This document shows, piece after piece, positions 29,142 to 32,000 of a stretch of 32,000 nt of DNA. A program made the translations under genes and the position numbers. The notes under the pieces are model-generated. The model ran no database searches and had not been told where the DNA came from. It worked only from the letters and a program-made list of their open reading frames with translations. Numbering within the stretch: the stretch's first letter is position 1; the number at the start of each line of letters is the position of its first letter. Source of the stretch: Candidatus Brocadia sp. (lineage in GTDB: Bacteria > Planctomycetota > Brocadiia > Brocadiales > Brocadiaceae); assembly GCA_021650915.1 (NCBI GenBank), contig CP091279.1:30001-62000 (forward strand). The letters are read 5' to 3'.

Positions 29142-29998
29142 TTTTTTTGTAAGTTTTTTTACAAACCCCTTTTCAGGAGGTACCATTTTTTATGAGTGAA
29201 GGATTGCTTCGCTTCGCTCGCAATGACCAACGTGTCGTGTGCCATCAAAGTGCATGGTCGGTGTCATTGCGAGGGCCTTTTCCGAAGCAATCTCCCCACT
29301 TTCATAAAGAAAATTTGGTTGCGGTTGTGCTGCGCTAGGAAATATCTATTTTAAAAATTGGATAGACAAACCAGGTCTGATCATTGCAAGCACAAGGTAT
29401 TGAGCAGTATTACAAAAACACGGACAAGCACAGCTTGTCCATGCCGCCCCTTTAGATTATGGTAAGTCTGTATCAAGTTTATAAATCACAAATTGTGCGC
29501 CTCTTGAGTATAAAGTGCTTCAAACTTTTTATCAGGGTAGGATAACGGTCGTAACCTGCCTTTTCTTATCGTGGTAGCATGGTTTTTTGCAGTTTTGATG
29601 GGAGGTGAAAAATGTTTGAAGATAACGAAATTTCTCCTTTTGGCCGGAGGTATCTTCAGGCCTGGTGAAAAATCGGTGATTTCTGCACGTGATAAGTAAT
29701 TGTTTAACGGCCACTTATAAAATTGGAAATTGAGCGATGAGGAAAAAAGTTTGAAGATGGCATCTTGTCGGCGTTTGTGCAGGGTATCTTCAAGGTTTAT
29801 GAAAAATTTATCTTATGGATTGATCATTGGTTATGACTTTCAAGGTGGACAATTTCTGCAAAGTCGGGGGTGTGAAAATGGGGTATCTTCAAGGTTTTGC
29901 CAGAATAAGGCATAACGGTCTCTTGCTCTTGCAGTTAGAATGCATATCATGGTATATGCCGGAAGGGGGAAAAAGGCGTAACCCCCGATAAATGTGGC

Positions 29999-30246
29999 GT
30001 TCCCTGCTCTTTGAAGAGATGAAAGGGATTGAGAACAACAAAGTATCACCTATGTTATCATCCATCCAGTTTCCGGCGTTCCCTGCTCTTTGAAGAGATG
30101 AAAGGGATTGAGACGGTTTACCCAGATACAACCTGCACTCTCACCATACCAACCGTTTCGGTTCAATCGTGGACGATTGAACCAGCCTGGACGGGCAGCC
30201 CCAACCGCAGTTCCCTGCTCTTGGGAGAAATGAAAGGGATCGAGGC
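29999..30246 (+). CRISPR. Short CRISPR array: two near-identical 37-nt repeats plus a third degenerate repeat
   Basis: GTTCCCTGCTCTTTGAAGAGATGAAAGGGATTGAGA(A/C) at 29999-30035 and 30078-30114 (42-nt spacer); degenerate GTTCCCTGCTCTTGGGAGAAATGAAAGGGATCGAGGC at 30210-30246. Confidence 0.85.
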
Positions 30247-30405
30247 AGAGGTAGGGGCGTATTGCAATACGCTCCTACCAAAGTTTCCGGTTCTTGGGAA
30301 GAGTTGAGACCCGCGGGGGGGCTTGGAAATTTCATCTGTTTTCTTGTAACTACGCAGCATACTTTTGCCCACAATCACTACGGATAAACAAAATATTGAT
30401 TACAG

Positions 30406-30562
30406 AATCCCGAAGGGATGTCATGATTATAGCCTGTTGTTATGCAAGTATGGTGAACCCTGTAGGGGTGGTATAGTATCGCTATTTTCCCGATATTTCA
30501 CCCCTACGGGGCTAAATATGCTGGTGTGCTTTTTTCTATAATCATGACATCCCTTCGGGATT
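30406..30562. repeat. 157-bp inverted-repeat element
   Basis: Perfect 27-bp terminal inverted repeat AATCCCGAAGGGATGTCATGATTATAG at 30406-30432 and 30536-30562. Confidence 0.82.
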
Positions 30563-30852
30563 TTCCGGTCTTGCAGTTTTCGCTGAATAGTTATGTTCTC
30601 CTTTATGTTCCCTGTCCGTTAAAAGATCCGAAACACGTAAAGGGTATTCTGCAGGGAATAGGCAAAAATGAAATAGGGCTGGAATTTCGCCTGGCCTATG
30701 GGTATGATAGACCGGATATAGCCTGTGGGGTTGGCATGGGATACAAAAAGACTGTTCCGGCGCTGGGCCTCATGAAAGAGCATGGAGGGGCCTGCTGCCT
30801 CTGAAGAGGCAGCATTCTCAACGTCTTCTTTTTTACCGTCAGGAAGTGTGCG

Positions 30853-32000
30853 GTGGGTGAATATTTTGATGCCTTGTGCGAGCGCTCTGTCATGGATGCC
30901 GCATGCCGTCGCGTTATGAAGAAAAAGGCGCGGGGAGGCCTCGACGGGGTAGAAATTGATGATCAGCATACCGACGCAGACAAAATGGTCTCTGCCCTTA
31001 TCAAAGAGCTTCGTACGGGCGCGTATGTGCCGGTGCCGTACGCCAGGGGGGCAATACCGAAATTTGATGAACAGAATCAATGGCGTAAAATCTCATTGCC
31101 TTCGGTGCGGGACAAGGTCGTTCAGCAGGCATTTGTTGAGGCGCTGGGGCCGGTGTTCAACAAAACGTTCCTGGATTGCAGTTATGCCTATCGCGAGGGA
31201 AAAGGTCCCGTCAAGGCCATAAAACGGGTAGAGCACATCCTGCATACGCATCACATCCGGTGGGTGACGACCATGGATATCGACAATTTTTTTGACACCA
31301 TGGATCACGATATTTTCATCGGTGAGTTTACCAAAAAGGTTGCCGAACCGGAGATACTCCAGCTTGTGCGTCTCTGGCTCAAGGCCGGCTGTATCAGCGC
31401 CAGGGGTGACTGGATAGAACCGTATGACGGCATTGCGCAGGGGGCGGTTGTTTCCCCGCTTTTCTCCAATATATACCTTCACCCCCTCGACTGCTTTGCC
31501 ATCGGAAACAACTGCCTCTATGTGCGCTACAGCGACAATCTTATTGTTCTTTCTGAAACAAAAGAGACCTTGTACCTCTGGTACGAACAGCTAAAATCCT
31601 TCCTCGAAGACCGTCTCAGGCTCAGGCTGAACGAAGACCCGTATCCGTTTAAGGACAAAGAACGGGGGTTTGTCTTTTTAGGGATCTTTTTTCAGAACGA
31701 TGTGCGGCAGATAAGCACCGCGAAAGAAACAAACATCTGTCGCAGGATTAACTGGCTCACGGACAAAACGCAGCAAAAAGACCCGGAGATATTCTTGGAG
31801 AAATTCAACAAATGTATCGAAGGGGTGCAGCGATATTATTCCTGTATTGAGCCTCTCAGGCAGTTTGAGATTATTGACCAGCATATCCTGAAGCGTGTTC
31901 GGCCCCTGCTGGATCATTTTTATGAAAGGGGTTGTTTCCCGTCGCGTGACGATCTCAAATCATACATCATGAAGATTCGTTTTCTGGCGACTAAACCGGA
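30853..32000 (+). CDS. CRISPR-associated-type reverse transcriptase (partial, runs off the window; possibly RT-Cas1)
   Basis: Not in the ORF track because no stop is reached. GTG at 30853 preceded by AGGAAG; CRRVMKKKARGGLDGVEID, WRKISLPSVRDKVVQQAF, MDIDNFFDTMDH, AQGAVVSPLFSNIYLHPLD, CLYVRYSDNLIVLSE, KERGFVFLGIFFQ. Confidence 0.82.
   Translation, partial: MGEYFDALCERSVMDAACRRVMKKKARGGLDGVEIDDQHTDADKMVSALIKELRTGAYVPVPYARGAIPKFDEQNQWRKISLPSVRDKVVQQAFVEALGPVFNKTFLDCSYAYREGKGPVKAIKRVEHILHTHHIRWVTTMDIDNFFDTMDHDIFIGEFTKKVAEPEILQLVRLWLKAGCISARGDWIEPYDGIAQGAVVSPLFSNIYLHPLDCFAIGNNCLYVRYSDNLIVLSETKETLYLWYEQLKSFLEDRLRLRLNEDPYPFKDKERGFVFLGIFFQNDVRQISTAKETNICRRINWLTDKTQQKDPEIFLEKFNKCIEGVQRYYSCIEPLRQFEIIDQHILKRVRPLLDHFYERGCFPSRDDLKSYIMKIRFLATKP

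Noticed and set aside
30029-30307. ORFs 30029..30307 and 30163..30378 as proteins
   Set aside because: They are translations of CRISPR repeats (SSLLFEEMKGIE.., NRSSLLLGEMKGIE..) rather than genes.
30581-30594. Solo IS66 end CGCTGAATAGTTAT
   Set aside because: Matches the IS66 terminus (CGCTGAATAGTTAC) at only 13/14 nt, with no partner end or duplication; may be coincidence or a remnant.
30619-31080. 153-aa minus-strand ORF
   Set aside because: It is antisense to the clear RT coding region and has no recognisable family features.

Overview
This is a mobile-element-rich chromosomal window. It may come from an anammox-type planctomycete, but that is inference only. Ordinary genes: OsmC-like, DUF362/ferredoxin, HAD phosphatase, ribF, a SurA/PpiD-like protein, topA, DUF763, MOSC and an exported OB-fold-like protein. 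They are interspersed with an ISNCY-type transposase fragment, an IS66-type element carrying a DUF4338 (DruA-like) gene, an IS1634-type element that splits a kdpA relic, an IS110 element, a complete IS66 element, a DUF4338::ISAs1 fusion gene split by that IS66, and a group II-type RT fragment. The right end holds CRISPR material: a possible cas-gene remnant, cas6, a very short decaying array, and a truncated CRISPR-adjacent reverse transcriptase whose catalytic box reads YSDN rather than YADD. The strongest new observation is a set of small TIR-bounded elements (GTAACAnTTTAGnTTTTTGAAAAAT...). At least five copies have perfect 8-bp target duplications. Their ends match the IS66-type/DUF4338 element at 3968-6388 almost exactly, they carry different palindromic interiors, and they cluster around the CRISPR region. 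A second, unrelated 157-bp inverted-repeat family is nested inside one of them.
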